Shown in pieces: positions 1 through 11,984 of a stretch of 64,000 nucleotides of DNA. Origin of the DNA: Octopus sinensis (Eukaryota); NCBI RefSeq assembly GCF_006345805.1, contig NC_042997.1, positions 109,678,001 to 109,742,000 of the forward strand, in the 5' to 3' direction. Under the pieces are notes generated by a model. It saw only the letters and a list, made by a program, of their open reading frames with translations, searched no databases and had not been told where the DNA came from. A program made the translations under genes and the position numbers. How positions within the stretch are numbered: the first letter of the stretch is position 1; the number at the start of each line of letters is the position of its first letter.

Positions 1-443
1 GATTTCTATCACTAAAATACCAAATCTTTTCTACGGAATTGTTTTGTTTTTGGTCAATTTATTAACAGGATGGTATGTAAGTAACTATAAGCTGTGTGAC
101 AGTGGCGGTGGGGTTCCTTAAGAGAGCTGTGTTAAAGGTTTTGCCCAAGGAACAAAGAAGTGTTGTTCTTTGTGCGCAGTGTGATACGAACGCACAGCCT
201 ACCTGTTAATGCATTTTATAAAAGATAATGTCTTCTGATTGTTCCATAACCTTTGTTCCTGTGGTTTGGATAAGCAAAACAATCCTACTGTTTTCAAGGC
301 GCTATAATCCTGTAATACATTTACATAGCTATTTTACTGTTATTCCTACCAAACCAACATTCACTGTTCAAACCTGCATTTCTTCGTTTTATCCAAGCAT
401 GCACCAGAGAGCAAGTTTCAGTGCAGTCGTTTAGGCAGAGGGA

Positions 444-575
444 AATAACAACCAAATCGCCCTCAAATCATCTTAAATAAAGAAAGGGACATTGGACAAT
501 ATAATTCCGGATGTATATATATATATATAAAGGTGTGGCGGTCACGGATGAAACTATTTCGACCACCACCACCAA
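444..575 (-). mobile_element. Degenerate fragment of an interspersed repeat ('family F', class unknown)
   Basis: Reverse complement contains GAGGGCGATTTGGTTGTTATTTCCC. This resembles GCAATTTGGCTATTATATCTAC (~36703), GACTAGGCTGCTATTTCC (~16710) and the reverse complement of ~23935. Old, short similarity only. Confidence 0.35.
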
Positions 576-984
576 CAACAACAACAGCTATAATATCATC
601 AGTTAAGAAAGCCACCGAACCTTTGTGAGGTCGATCAAGTGTATTGCTAGCTGCGACATGGATTTCACACTATATGTAAAGAACCTTTGAAAAATCCAGT
701 TTTATTTTCTTGGGTTTCGATCGAAAAGAACCGAAAGTAATGAGGTTAGTGAATCCTTTAGGATTCTAGAAGAAGAGCGAAGTTAGATCGATCGGTCAAT
801 AAGTTTCTGTCTAACGAATGACTCACATGTTTATAGATGACTGACGAAATAACGGACAACAACGAGATACAAATTGATTTAAAGATCTCTTTCGATATCC
901 TGAACGGATATTACGTAATTCATGTATGTAGAATTACACACACGCGCGCGCACGCACATCTCTCTCTCTCTCTCTCTCTCTCTG

Positions 985-1020
<36 letters not shown>

Positions 1021-1023
<3 letters not shown>

Positions 1024-1559
1024 GGGGTTAGTCAAAAAGTTATGCCATTTTGTTTAGGACAGGTATAATTACCAACACACAAACATGAATCATACATCAA
1101 AATGAAGCTGGTCCTCTGGATCACATCCCTACTTCTCAACATAGTCACCGTTTTTCTCAATAGCAATGTTCCACCTTCGAAAGAGAGCATGTATCCCTGC
1201 CCCGTAAAATTCTGTTGACTGTTCTTTGAGCCACTTCTTCACTACAGTTTTCACTTCGTCATCACTGGGTTATCATCTCTTCGGCCCCATGAAAGAGGGT
1301 TTGAGAAGCAAACATTATTCCAGTGAGGAGAAAGTGAAAACTGTAGTGAAGAAGTGGCTCAAAGAACAGTCAACAGAATTTTATGGGGCAGGGATACATG
1401 CTCATTCGAAGGTGGAATATTGAGAGAAACGGTGACTACGTTGAGAAGTAGGGATGTGATCCACAGAGAACCAACTTCATTTTGATGTATGATACATATT
1501 TGTGTGTTGGTAATTATACCTGTCCTAAACAAAATGGCATTACTTTTTGACTCACCCTC

Positions 1560-1560
<1 letters not shown>
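1021..1560. mobile_element. Fold-back (palindromic) Mariner-derived non-autonomous element
   Basis: Termini GAGGGGGTTAGTCAAAAAG and CTTTTTGACTCACCCTCG lie between TA dinucleotides within (TA)n. Arms 1021-1268 and 1320-1560 are reverse complements around a ~51-bp loop. The + strand translates YHLFGPMKEGLRSKHYSSEEKVKTVVKKWLKEQSTEFY, the C-terminus of a mariner transposase. Confidence 0.9.
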
Positions 1561-1606
<46 letters not shown>

Positions 1607-1609
<3 letters not shown>

Positions 1610-1782
1610 GGGGGGAGAATTCACAAAAAACAAACAAGAGACGGAGACAGGTGCTGTAGAAAAGAAACAGATATATTAGTATAACGCTCGGGAAGTGAAA
1701 AAGTTTTTAAAATTTCAAGCCTACGCTCATCCACAGAAAGGACACACAAAGAAACAAGGAGAAAATACCAGTTTAGAAACTA
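1607..1782 (-). mobile_element. Short PLE-terminal-repeat-like element with a degenerate hammerhead motif (copy 1)
   Basis: Reverse complement reads CTTT-CTGTGGA-T-GAGC-GTAG-GCTT-GAAATTTT-AAAA ... TTCACTTCCCGAGCGTTATACTAAT ... TTTTGTGAATTC. It aligns with 13769-13963 and 55325-55571 and is flanked by (TA)n on both sides. Confidence 0.7.
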
Positions 1783-1784
1783 TA

Positions 1785-1821
<37 letters not shown>

Positions 1822-2865
1822 CGTATCCTGTTTTCTTACAGCGTGTACACATTATGTCTGGATGTATAAGTAAGCTATTATTCCTGTTTGTGCATATTGC
1901 CGTTATATCAGTCAGGTTTCATGTTGAAATGAGCGACTTGGTTCTTGTGGGTTAGTGTCGGGTGCTGGGTGTGTCCACGTTTCTATTTATCCGAATTGTG
2001 TTTCCATATTTCGGATTCTTCTAAAAAGATGTAGATTTCCAAGGAACCAAATGTTTCATGTTTTTCTATCTCTCTTCGTTTCTGAGTTCATTCGATTTTT
2101 CTCCAGGCTTAGATTTAATATTTTTATCAGTGAAAATCTGCGCCGCGTCGGGCTCTGTGACCGTTGGTAGAATCTTCCAGAATGGAGAGACCGATGATGT
2201 TGTAGGCGAAAGTGTGAAGAAGGGAAACTATGAAAGGAGTTCCAAAGGAGGCAAGATTGATTAAAGTATTTCCTGGTGCATCTGGGAGGCAAGACAAGGG
2301 ACTTAAGCAGAATTGAATGCCGCTAGATGGCTCAGTAGAACAGAGGCCATTGTAATTGAGATAGGGGAAGGATAGGGGCCATTGTGTGTGTCAGTGTGTG
2401 TAGATCCTAGTAAACACTCCTTCGTACTCAGTGTACAAAATATAGTAAGTATACATTAGTTTCCGCCAGGACATCTTTTCAATATCTTTTCAACATATTG
2501 AACAGATGTGTGTGATTGTATGTGTGTGTGTCCGTTTATTTGCAACGGTTTGGACAAAGCAACTGAATCTATTTCAAAGGAAACCATTTCTTTAGACCTG
2601 AATGTTTCGCAGATTCTAGGAAGAAAGAAAGAAATTCTTCACATTCAAAGCAGAAACGCTGTTATTCTTTTACAATTTTCAATTATATTTCCTTCTTTAT
2701 TTCTGTCAAATCATTGTTGCTGCTGCTGCTGTTGTTGTTGTTGTTGTTGTTGTTCAACTTGTTGTAATTGAAACATTGTGAGAATTACAGACGGTATTTT
2801 CTTCATTATGTGTCATTAAAATCTTCAGAATTCATTGGAAGCCATCATTGATGTTGTAGTTGTTG

Positions 2866-2889
2866 TTATTATTATTATTATTATTATTA

Positions 2890-2926
<37 letters not shown>
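2866..2926. repeat. (TTA)n microsatellite
   Basis: Direct reading. Confidence 0.95.
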
Positions 2927-2928
<2 letters not shown>

Positions 2929-3127
2929 GCTTTTGCTGTTGTTGATGTTAACACAAACGAAATTCGATTTTTCTTTGATATCTTCTTGTCTTTCGAAATG
3001 CCAATCATATGATGTAATTTTTTCCCAAAATTTCTCTCCCTCCTCCCTTCTCTCTATTTCTTTGCTCTTTTCCTCTCCTCCTCTTTCATTTGCTTACGTC
3101 ATGCTCTCTCTTCATCCTCTCTCTCTT

Positions 3128-3169
<42 letters not shown>

Positions 3170-3477
3170 ATCCCCCTCTCTCTGTCATATCATCCGAACC
3201 TCCCAATGACAATACACACATCATTTAATATTTAAGACAACGCACCCATTTCTCTTCCCACAACCCATTTCTCTCCCACCCCGCGCCCCAGCTACTCCCA
3301 GTTTTGTTTTCCATTTCATCTTGTTTTGACTTGCTTTTCTCTTTCTTTGTTGTTCTTTCTTTCTTTCTTTCTTTTCCATTGCTTTCTTTTGTGGATCCTA
3401 AAATTCTGACAGGTTTGTTTGTTTAAAAACTTTCCCCCATTTGCAATGATATCATCAATATTGTTTTAAGGAACAAA

Positions 3478-4215
3478 CAACACCGCCGCCGCCCTCGCCA
3501 CCACCACCACCACCACCAGCACAACCACCACCACCACCACCACCAGCACAACTACCACCGCCGCCACCACCACCACCGCTGTCAGCACTATTGCTAACTA
3601 CTCAAACTGCACTACCACCGCCACCACCACCAGCACGCCCACCATCACACTCAGCGTTGTGCACCCCTTATTCCTCAATACCAACAAAGCTTTCGCCATT
3701 TTTAACTCTAGACCATCACCGTTGGCACCACCTCCACCACCAGCTTCATTGCCATGTACGCCATCCCTATCATCACCAACATCACCACCATCATCATCGC
3801 CATCAACATCACCACCATCATCATCACCACCTCCATCACCACCACCACCATCATCTCCACCACCATCATCATCACCACCACCACCATCACCACCACCATC
3901 AACATCACTGTCACTAGCCACACCACTACCACCACCTCCACCATCATCATCACCAACAACATCATCATCACCACCAACATCACTCACTAGCCATACCACT
4001 AACACCACCACCACTACCACCACCTCCACCATCATCATCACCACCACCATCATCAACATCACTATCACTAGCCACACCACTAACACCACCACGACTACCA
4101 CCACCTCCACCATCATCATCACCACCACCATCATCAACATCACTATCACCAGCCACACCACTAACACCAACGCCACCACTACCACTATCGCCAACACCAC
4201 CACCACCACAATAAT
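3478..4215. repeat. (CAC/CAT/AAC)n compound trinucleotide array with an ~81-bp higher-order unit
   Basis: Direct reading. The marker (T/C)AGCCA recurs at 3915, 3988, 4069 and 4150. Confidence 0.9.
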
Positions 4216-4495
4216 AACAGCATAACGAAATAAACAATGATTTATTATTAATACACTTGTTATTGCTTTCCTCAAACGATGACAACAACGACAACGATGA
4301 CGATGATAACAAGGAAAACGACGATGATAGAGACGTTTCAAACGATGATGAGATTGACGATGACAACGATGCTCGAAATAACTATTTTTTTCGTCAATCT
4401 TTAATGATAATTCGATAAAGATAATGATGAGAATGACAGATTTGACAACAACGTCTTTGAATTTTCCCCTTTTCGATAGTTTTTAGCTGTTGTAC

Positions 4496-4860
4496 AGGCG
4501 CATGCGTGGCTGTGTGGTAAGAAACTTGCTTCCCAACAACATGGTTCCGGTTTCAGTCCCACTGCGTGGTACCTTGTGGTAGTGTCTTCTACTATAGCCT
4601 CGGGCCGACCAAAGCCTTGTGAATGAATTTGTTAGACCGAAACTTAAAGAATCGTCTACCATATATATATATATATGTCTGTGTGTGCGTGTGTGTATTT
4701 GTGTGTGTTTATGTCCCGGATAACTAGCGGTTTGGCAAAAGAGACTGATAGAATAAGTACTTGGCTTACAAAGAAGTCCAGCGGTCGATTTGTTCGACTA
4801 AAGGCAGTGCTCCAGCATAGCCGCAGTCAAATGATTGAAACAAGTAATAGAATAAAAGAC
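4496..4860 (+). mobile_element. SINE family A (tRNA head, CORE-like motif, microsatellite spacer, tail)
   Basis: A-box-like TGGCTGTGTGG, B-box-like GTTTCAGTCC, spacer (TA)/(TG), tail CAGTCAAATGATTGAAACAAG. Aligns with 56426-56836. Confidence 0.9.
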
Positions 4861-5032
4861 TAATTATCATTATTTTTTTTTACTTCATTATCTTGATGTC
4901 CTATTTTGTCAAAGTGCACACTAGTATATTACTGGTATTAATAAACTGATCGACCTTCCTCACACCTCTTACACAAGCAAACAGCTCAATCCTGACTGTG
5001 TCTGAAATCGCAAATCGTTTATCGATTTTTGG

Positions 5033-5406
5033 CTTCTTCTTTTACTTGTTTCAGCCATTAGACTGTGACCATGCTGGGGCATCATTTTGAAGAATTTATA
5101 GTTGAATGACTAGACCCCGGTACTTGTTTTTTGGTACTTATTCTATCGATATTTTTTACTGAACCGCTAAGCTACGGAGGCGTAAACCAACCAACATTGA
5201 TTGTCAAACAGTGGTGGAGGACACACACACACACATATATATATACTTACACGACGGGCTTCTTTCAGGTTCCGCCTACCAAATCCACTCACAAGGCTTT
5301 GGTCGGTCAAAGGCTATAGTAGAAGACACTTGCCCAAGGTGCCACGTACTAAGACTGAACCCGGAACTATATGGTTGGGAAGCAAACATCTTACCACAAA
5401 GCCACT
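5033..5406 (-). mobile_element. SINE family A
   Basis: Reverse complement of the family A consensus from tail (CTTTTACTTGTTTCAG) to head (TTACCACAAAGCCACT). Confidence 0.9.
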
Positions 5407-5444
5407 AAACACATTGTAATCTTTGCCTCACCCCCAACACCAAC

Positions 5445-6056
5445 ACACTGTACCCGCTCATGATATCCCAGCTGTTGTCGCGTGCAGGACGGATCCGGTT
5501 GTCAACCGACCCCATCGTGAAGATCGTCCCGCCACCTTCCTTTGGCCGGGAAGGAAAGGCAGTTTTCCTCTGTCTGGTGGCTATGGCGAAGAGGGTAGTG
5601 TGGTGGACGAGATTGAAAGGACTAAAGGCAGGTATTTTGCCTTTCGGCCAAGCCCTCATCGACTTCTTCAAGTTCCACTTTCAAAAGGAAAGTGAGAGGA
5701 GGGAGAGAGATGTTCTGCCCCCGCAGTAAATTCGTTGAAAAGTGGGTATATGTTGCGAGGATGGCCCGTGTGAAGGGACCTACTCTGAACTTTCGTTTGT
5801 AAACCGGAGGAGTTGAGAAGGGGAGAGACGCCTGCTGAGGGGCAACAAGCTGTCAGGATAGCCAAAATGTGTGAGGTCCCTCGGTTGTCCTGGTGAGAAA
5901 CTTCCCCTCTTGGGAAATTATTATTGTTTGTTTTGTTAATTGCTTTTATTACTTATTGTATACACGGTGTTGTTCAACACCCCACTTGTCCCTTATAGTT
6001 TATCGTGCCTATTTGGTTTGTGTTCGACTCTTGTGGCCAATAAGGAAATGATTTTT
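5445..6056 (+). mobile_element. 5'-truncated Tx1/L1-clade LINE (ORF2 C-terminus plus 3'UTR)
   Basis: Frame 5460-5729 gives QLLSRAGRIRLSTDPIVKIVPPPSFGREGKAVFLCLVAMAKRVVWWTRLKG, which I recognise as a Tx1-type ORF2 C-terminal region. It is frameshifted and followed by a 3'UTR ending CTTGTGGCCAATAAGGAAATG plus a (TTA) tail. Confidence 0.7.
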
Positions 6057-6085
6057 TATTATTATTAATAAAAATATTATCATTA

Positions 6086-6380
6086 ACTCTTGTGTTGTTG
6101 GAATCCCGGGAGTCTTGCATGCGTAGAGGTCTTGCTACCTGCAGCCTACAGTACTATGCTATTCGTTCTTTTCAGCTATCTAATACTTTCCTGATTATTC
6201 TGGCCGTGCCAAGGAGGCGAAACTTTTGTAACAGTTCTACTGGGCACTCTATTCCAATTTCCTTTATATTCCTCTTGATGCCTTCTGATATTGTGCCCCA
6301 AGGACTCAACAATAATTGGCACTATCTTCACCTTCTTCATTTTCCATAGCCGGGCTATTTCGAACTTAATAAGGTCTTCG
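6086..6380 (-). mobile_element. 3' fragment of a restriction-like-endonuclease (R4/Dong-like) non-LTR retrotransposon
   Basis: Minus strand translates EDL..KFEIARLWKMKKVKIVPIIVESLG, then after a frameshift IGIECPVELLQKFRLLGTARIIRKVLDS* (stop at 6174-6172). This is the typical C-terminus of RLE-clade elements. (TAA)n-like tracts lie on both sides. Confidence 0.8.
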
Positions 6381-7627
6381 GCCCTTGTGGCCATTATTAT
6401 TATTATTATTTGCTCTTAACTATATTGATTGTCATAAGAGATTGTCTTCATTATAATTGATCATAGAGCTGCTGTATCAGAGTTGACCTAGGGTTAAATA
6501 ACGACATAGCCAGGTTGTAAAGATCAGGAATGACCAAGGGCTAAACGGCAATAGCAACAATGACGAACATCGAAATGTATTCCTTCTCTTTCAAGCTTCA
6601 TTTTCCTAACAGAAAAGATACAATGAATAAGTAAATATTTATTTGTTTATTTACTGAAAAGCTAATTCGAGTATTTGATAAAATGGCGCCTTGAATTCGC
6701 TTTCCGTTGCTGACGTTGTATATTTTAAGGGAAGAAGTTAAAAACTATCGCATGCCTAATTAGGGGTTTATTCTTTTCTCTTCCGTTGCTTGCTGATTCT
6801 GTTCAACACATACGTTCTTATATTCTCGTTTGTTTTCTATAAAGTCTTGTTTGTGAGTAGAAATCAACAAGATAGAAATACAGGGCAATAGAGGTTAACC
6901 CCTTCTAATAAATACATTTATTTGATAATCAGTATTGTCCGCCAGCTTTTGCAAGTATGTTTCATATAAGAAGAAAGAGAAGAGAACACCGTCAGTGTAA
7001 ACCTGGGGCTATATCTAATGCCAGGTCAATCCTAAGTATATTACTGGTAGTTTACTGATATTATATCGACTTCGAAAGAATGAAATGGCTTCACAGAGGA
7101 ATATAGAAGGAAAACGGAAAGGGAGGATGAAACAGAAAATATAGCTGGCTAAATAGGGTCTGTAGGCAGATAGATAAGCTGATAGATTGCCGGAATGTTC
7201 GTGTGTATACGTACGTACTTATGTGTATGAGTATAGAAACGCACACATACACACACACACACACACTTGTATACATTCGTTCTTGTACCTAATGTATGTA
7301 TGTCTCCGAATGTTGTCAACGCCACACAGCGCAGACAACAGAACCAAATGTCGTTCGCTGCCTTTTCATGGTTAAAGTAGGAGTTGGACCTAGACTGTGA
7401 CTGGCCTGAGGCACAGTTTCGATCTACGGTCAAATCACTTGTACCGTCTGTGCCGCCAACGATGTGAATAAATATCTGTAATTTTTTTTTTTTATTAAGA
7501 CACTTGTTGCAGTTTGTTGGTATCGTACCTGACACCACGTGTTGCTTGTTGCACTTCTTAATTCTTGACTACACAGCCTGATCTGTACCTGCGCTGTTAT
7601 TTCTGCTGCAGTTGTTACCTTTAAGGG

Positions 7628-7824
7628 CAGTGATGGGCAACTCTTCGTCAACTGGGGGCCCGCATTGTACCATTTCCAAGTGGGAAAGGGCCGCATGATA
7701 AAACACATATGTACGAAATATTTACCCTTTTACACTGAATTCTTTGCAATTCTTAATTTTATTAGTCTTAATATGAAATTTCTAACCTAAAAACTCGTCG
7801 AGAGTCGCAGGTTGCCCATGCATG
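7628..7824. mobile_element. hAT (Charlie-type) MITE
   Basis: TIRs CAGTGATGGGCAAC and GTTGCCCATGCATG. 8-bp TSD TTTAAGGG (7620-7627) / TTTTAGGG (7825-7832), 7/8 identical. Confidence 0.8.
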
Positions 7825-9064
7825 TTTTAGGGTATGATGCAGATTTGGTGTTATTTGTATTATAGATATAAATGTGGTTGGTGTTGTTATTGTTGAGTTT
7901 ACTGACGCTTTTCTTTTCTTTTGTGCGTGTTCCCGTAATTGCTGTGTCAGCTACGCTAAACCTTTTAACATTCGTTCTGCATCAGTCGCCGAACATTGTG
8001 TATTCCGTAATGTTCATGTATAACACTTATAGAATACATTAGGAATTAGAATATACATTCGTATGTAAATATTCTTATTTGCAACAATATTCTGGAATTC
8101 AATTAAATAAGTTAGATGCAGCTCGCGGCAAAAAAATTAAATCAATGCTTGTTATTGTGTGTTGAATTTAATAACACCTTCGCAAACAATTTAACAAGGA
8201 GATAACAATTTAATTTCCCTTTTCTTAAGAAATATTTTATGTTTAGGTTGGGGGTTTAAGGAATATTGATCCTAAAAGGTTATTGAAAATATGTAAAATT
8301 GAAATGAAAATGTCTTTTAGTTCTTAATAAAGTCCCTGAAATCCGGATGACGATTCTGGTTTCATTATTTACCAAACACCGATCAAAAATAAAGAACCAT
8401 TAAAATATTGGGACCGATGCCATCGGTTTGTGCCTTTCGTTAGTATTGCTGGCCTTGTACCAAACTTAGAATATTTACCAAACACATATCGACAGAACAG
8501 AAAATCCTTAGTTTTTGGTTCGCATTCGCCAAATCCAAGTCTTTATAGAATAAAGCCATGTTTTGGTTCAGTTTAGTAAAATACAAACTAAATATTTCAT
8601 GGATTTAGCAAAAACCAAACAAATAAGTCATATTTGCTTTTTAAATATAAATCTTAACTCTTCACATTCGGTAATCCTTTTCAGACTACCACCTTAGAAC
8701 TGAGAAAAGCTACTGAGATCAACCACACATATTTCTCACCCTCAGTATTTTTAGGGATTTCAAAATTTCTTTATTGCATTTGACTCATCTTTGCCTTTCA
8801 GCTCTCCGGGGGTCGATAAAGCGATGCAAAAGTACTGATCAAGATGGGGGATAGATGGATGATATTGGCCACTCCCGTCCCCAAATCCCGACAAAAGTGT
8901 CGGCCCTTTGCCAAAATCAGAAGAAAAAACAAAACAATGATTATTCGTCTCTTATATAATGACGTCCACAAACGCGTCCTCATAGCAACAAGACATTCTC
9001 TCTTGACGAATTTTTGATTTAGTCTTTGCTTATTTGTTTCTTCGTTATATAAAAATTTCTCCCA

Positions 9065-9466
9065 AGGCGGCCAGCTGGTAGAAACGTTAGCACGCCGGGC
9101 GAAATGCTTGGCGGTATTTCGTCTGCCGTTACGTTCTGAATTCAAATTCCGCCGAGGTCGACTTTGCCTTTCATCCTTTCGGGATCGATTAAATAAGTAC
9201 CAGTTATGCACTGGGGTCAATATAATCGACTTAATCCGTTTGTCTGTCCTTCTTTATATTCTCTGTGTTTAGCCCCTCGTGAGTAGTAAAGAAATAGGTA
9301 TTTCGTCTGTCTTCACGTTTTGAGTTCAAATTCCGCCGAGGTCGACTTTGCCTTTTATCTTTTCAGGGTCGATAAATTAAGTACCAGATGCGTAATGGGA
9401 TCGATCTAATCGACTGGCCCCCATCCCCCAAAATTTGGGACCTTGTGCCTAGAGTAGAAATGCATA
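9065..9466 (+). mobile_element. SINE family B, dimeric form
   Basis: Head GGCGG..AGCTGG..GAAACGTTAGC, B box GTTCAAATTCC, body GAGGTCGACTTTGCCTTTCATCCTTTCGG, tail 1 ...GTAAAGAAATA. A headless second unit follows, ending CTTGTGCCTAGAGTAGAAA. Confidence 0.9.
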
Positions 9467-10369
9467 TTAAAAATTTCTCCCGTTCGACTCATGACTCGAC
9501 TTTATTTAACCGTCCGCTCTAGAGACGCCATCTCATCTTGTTATTGTACTTATTTTGTGTTCTTGTTCTGGTTCGTCTCTCGTGTTCGTTCATTTCTGCT
9601 TCAGCTTATATCGCTGACAATGCCAAATCGAACAGTCCTGTCGGAGGTGTCGAAATTGTGGAGATATTTGGTTGATACCCGATGAGTGTTGAAGCAAGTA
9701 CGGGTCTTCTGTGCCGGGGTGTGTACTCCTGTGATTTCGTATGTTCTTTTGTCATACCCCTGTGACTTATTAGAGCAAAATATAATTCACTGAGCATTCT
9801 ACTGTTTCTCTGTGTTTTCTTCAATATCTTTGAAATAAAGAATGGTTATCTAGAGGAAAAGACTGTAATTAGATGTTACAGATTACAAGAAATGTGTATA
9901 CATGTGTGGACCAATGATGTGGACAAGAAATAAATGTCAATTTATGAGGACTTTGTTAATTGAAAGTCTTTGACTTTCAAACAAATCCGGTTTTTAAGCT
10001 TATTTTTATCCATCACGTCTTTACTAGAACCTTGTAACTTGTCTTCTTCTTTCCTTTTCTCGTGTGTGTGTGTGTGTGTGTGTGTTTGTGTGTGTTTCGG
10101 CTGTAAGGAATCGTTCGTACTCCATAAATTGTCATTCTGACATCTAGTTTCTTCAAAGCCCCAAATCTTCTTGACTGGAACCAACCTTGGTCGTATTAAC
10201 CATCAGACGAAACTTGGAAGTCCCAATCAGAAAGTGTTTTACAATAAATTTGACCCTCCTTCTCAGTGTTGAGTTATCTCATCTGTAAACTTTCCCGTTG
10301 TTATTTCTAAAATTTGGTTTACGAGAAAAACCTTAACTTCACACACATACACACACACACATCTGTAAA

Positions 10370-10830
10370 CGTATCTCTCTTCTAACGTCTGTATCCCTCT
10401 CTCTCTTTCTCTCTCTCCCCCTCTCTCTCCGCTTCTGTATTTCTTCCTTTTCCTAGTTTATCCACCTATCTCTTCGAGCTTTCTTTTTCTTTTACCCTTC
10501 ATTTTTTCTTCCCTTTCTCTAACTTCACACCTCATATTTCTCCAATCCTCCAAGGCATCTTATATTCACCCCACCTCCTCCCCTTCCTAATCTGCACTTC
10601 TCTCCTTTCTTCTCTCCCCCCACCTCTTTCACAACACTTCTCCAATCCATCACCAAGACATAGAACCGCTTCTATCTTTACAGCTGCTACCCCCTTATTT
10701 ACCTTTCTCTCCCTTTCCCTCCTCTCCCAGTCTACATCTCCCCTCCCTCCTCCCACCACTTTATTCCATCACCACGACTCCGGCCGTTTCCACCACCGCC
10801 TCTTTTCGTCTCCCACCCTCCCTCTATCTC
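10370..10830. repeat. Long CT-rich polypyrimidine/polypurine low-complexity tract
   Basis: Direct reading. Confidence 0.8.
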
Positions 10831-11267
10831 TTTCTCTCCTATTTCCATGTTTGGAGGCCATAGTTATTGTTAGCTGAGTCTCCCAATGTAAAGTTGTGAT
10901 GGCAATCTAGCTGTACTGATTGGCTTTAGTCTATACACTTAACTTAATTAGTGGAGATGTAGAGATAGAGATAAATAAAGAGAGAGAGAGAGAGAGGCGC
11001 AGAGGGAAAGGGAGAGATCTATGGAGAAGCGAATATCAAATTAAAAGTTACAAAGTGGCTTTCCCTGTAGCTTAATCATCCTTATCCAATGTTTTACATT
11101 TGATACGGTTGATCTTTCTTATAATTTTCTTAATCTCCACACACACACACACACATGATGTATGTGTGTATTGGGAAACAAAGTTAGACGCCGCAAATGC
11201 ACACACTCGTGCTTCTATGCAAGCAGCTTTGAGGCACAGATGTCACAATAAGTTTCATGTCTTTTAC

Positions 11268-11327
<60 letters not shown>

Positions 11328-11575
11328 GATTGATGTAGGCAGATTACGTGGCTGATTCTTTATTTTACTTCTTTCTTTCTTTCTTTCTTTTCTTTCTTTC
11401 TTTCTTTCTTTCTTTCTCTTCACTTACCTCCATTTCTTATCTCTCTTCTCTCCTCTCTCACACTCTAGCTTTTTATCTCTTCCACTTCTCTTTCTAGACA
11501 AATATGTGCATTTTTAGTTCAAATTTCAAACCTTTCACACACAAACACACACACACACACTCTCTCTCTCTCTCT

Positions 11576-11615
<40 letters not shown>

Positions 11616-11775
11616 GCTGGCAATTCACTCCGTTGCTACCCGGAGTTTTTCCATTGACAGAAATTGTGCATCAATGGAGAATCTCTAGAGTGACCGAAAC
11701 AAAAGATTCCTGTCCACACAAATACTGAACCGGTCTTGAGTAACTCCTTTTCCATACCCGAAGCAAATTGACATA

Positions 11776-11814
<39 letters not shown>

Positions 11815-11863
11815 CAATAGTTGACTTGGGCTTCAAAATTTCGGGCTTCTCGTTTTCGTCTGG

Positions 11864-11984
<121 letters not shown>

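Noticed and set aside
1900-2400. Higher-GC stretch with short ORFs on both strands
   Set aside because: Probably old retroelement debris, but no motif could be assigned.
3598-4341. Long mucin-like, poly-His and poly-Val ORFs (up to 247 aa) on both strands
   Set aside because: They are translations of a trinucleotide array that lacks stops in several frames at once. No splice or codon signal.
9605-9646. Plus-strand 42-nt exon candidate after TTCATTTCTGCTTCAG (YIADNAKSNSPVG)
   Set aside because: Good acceptor but a weak donor (GTGTCG), and no other plus-strand support.
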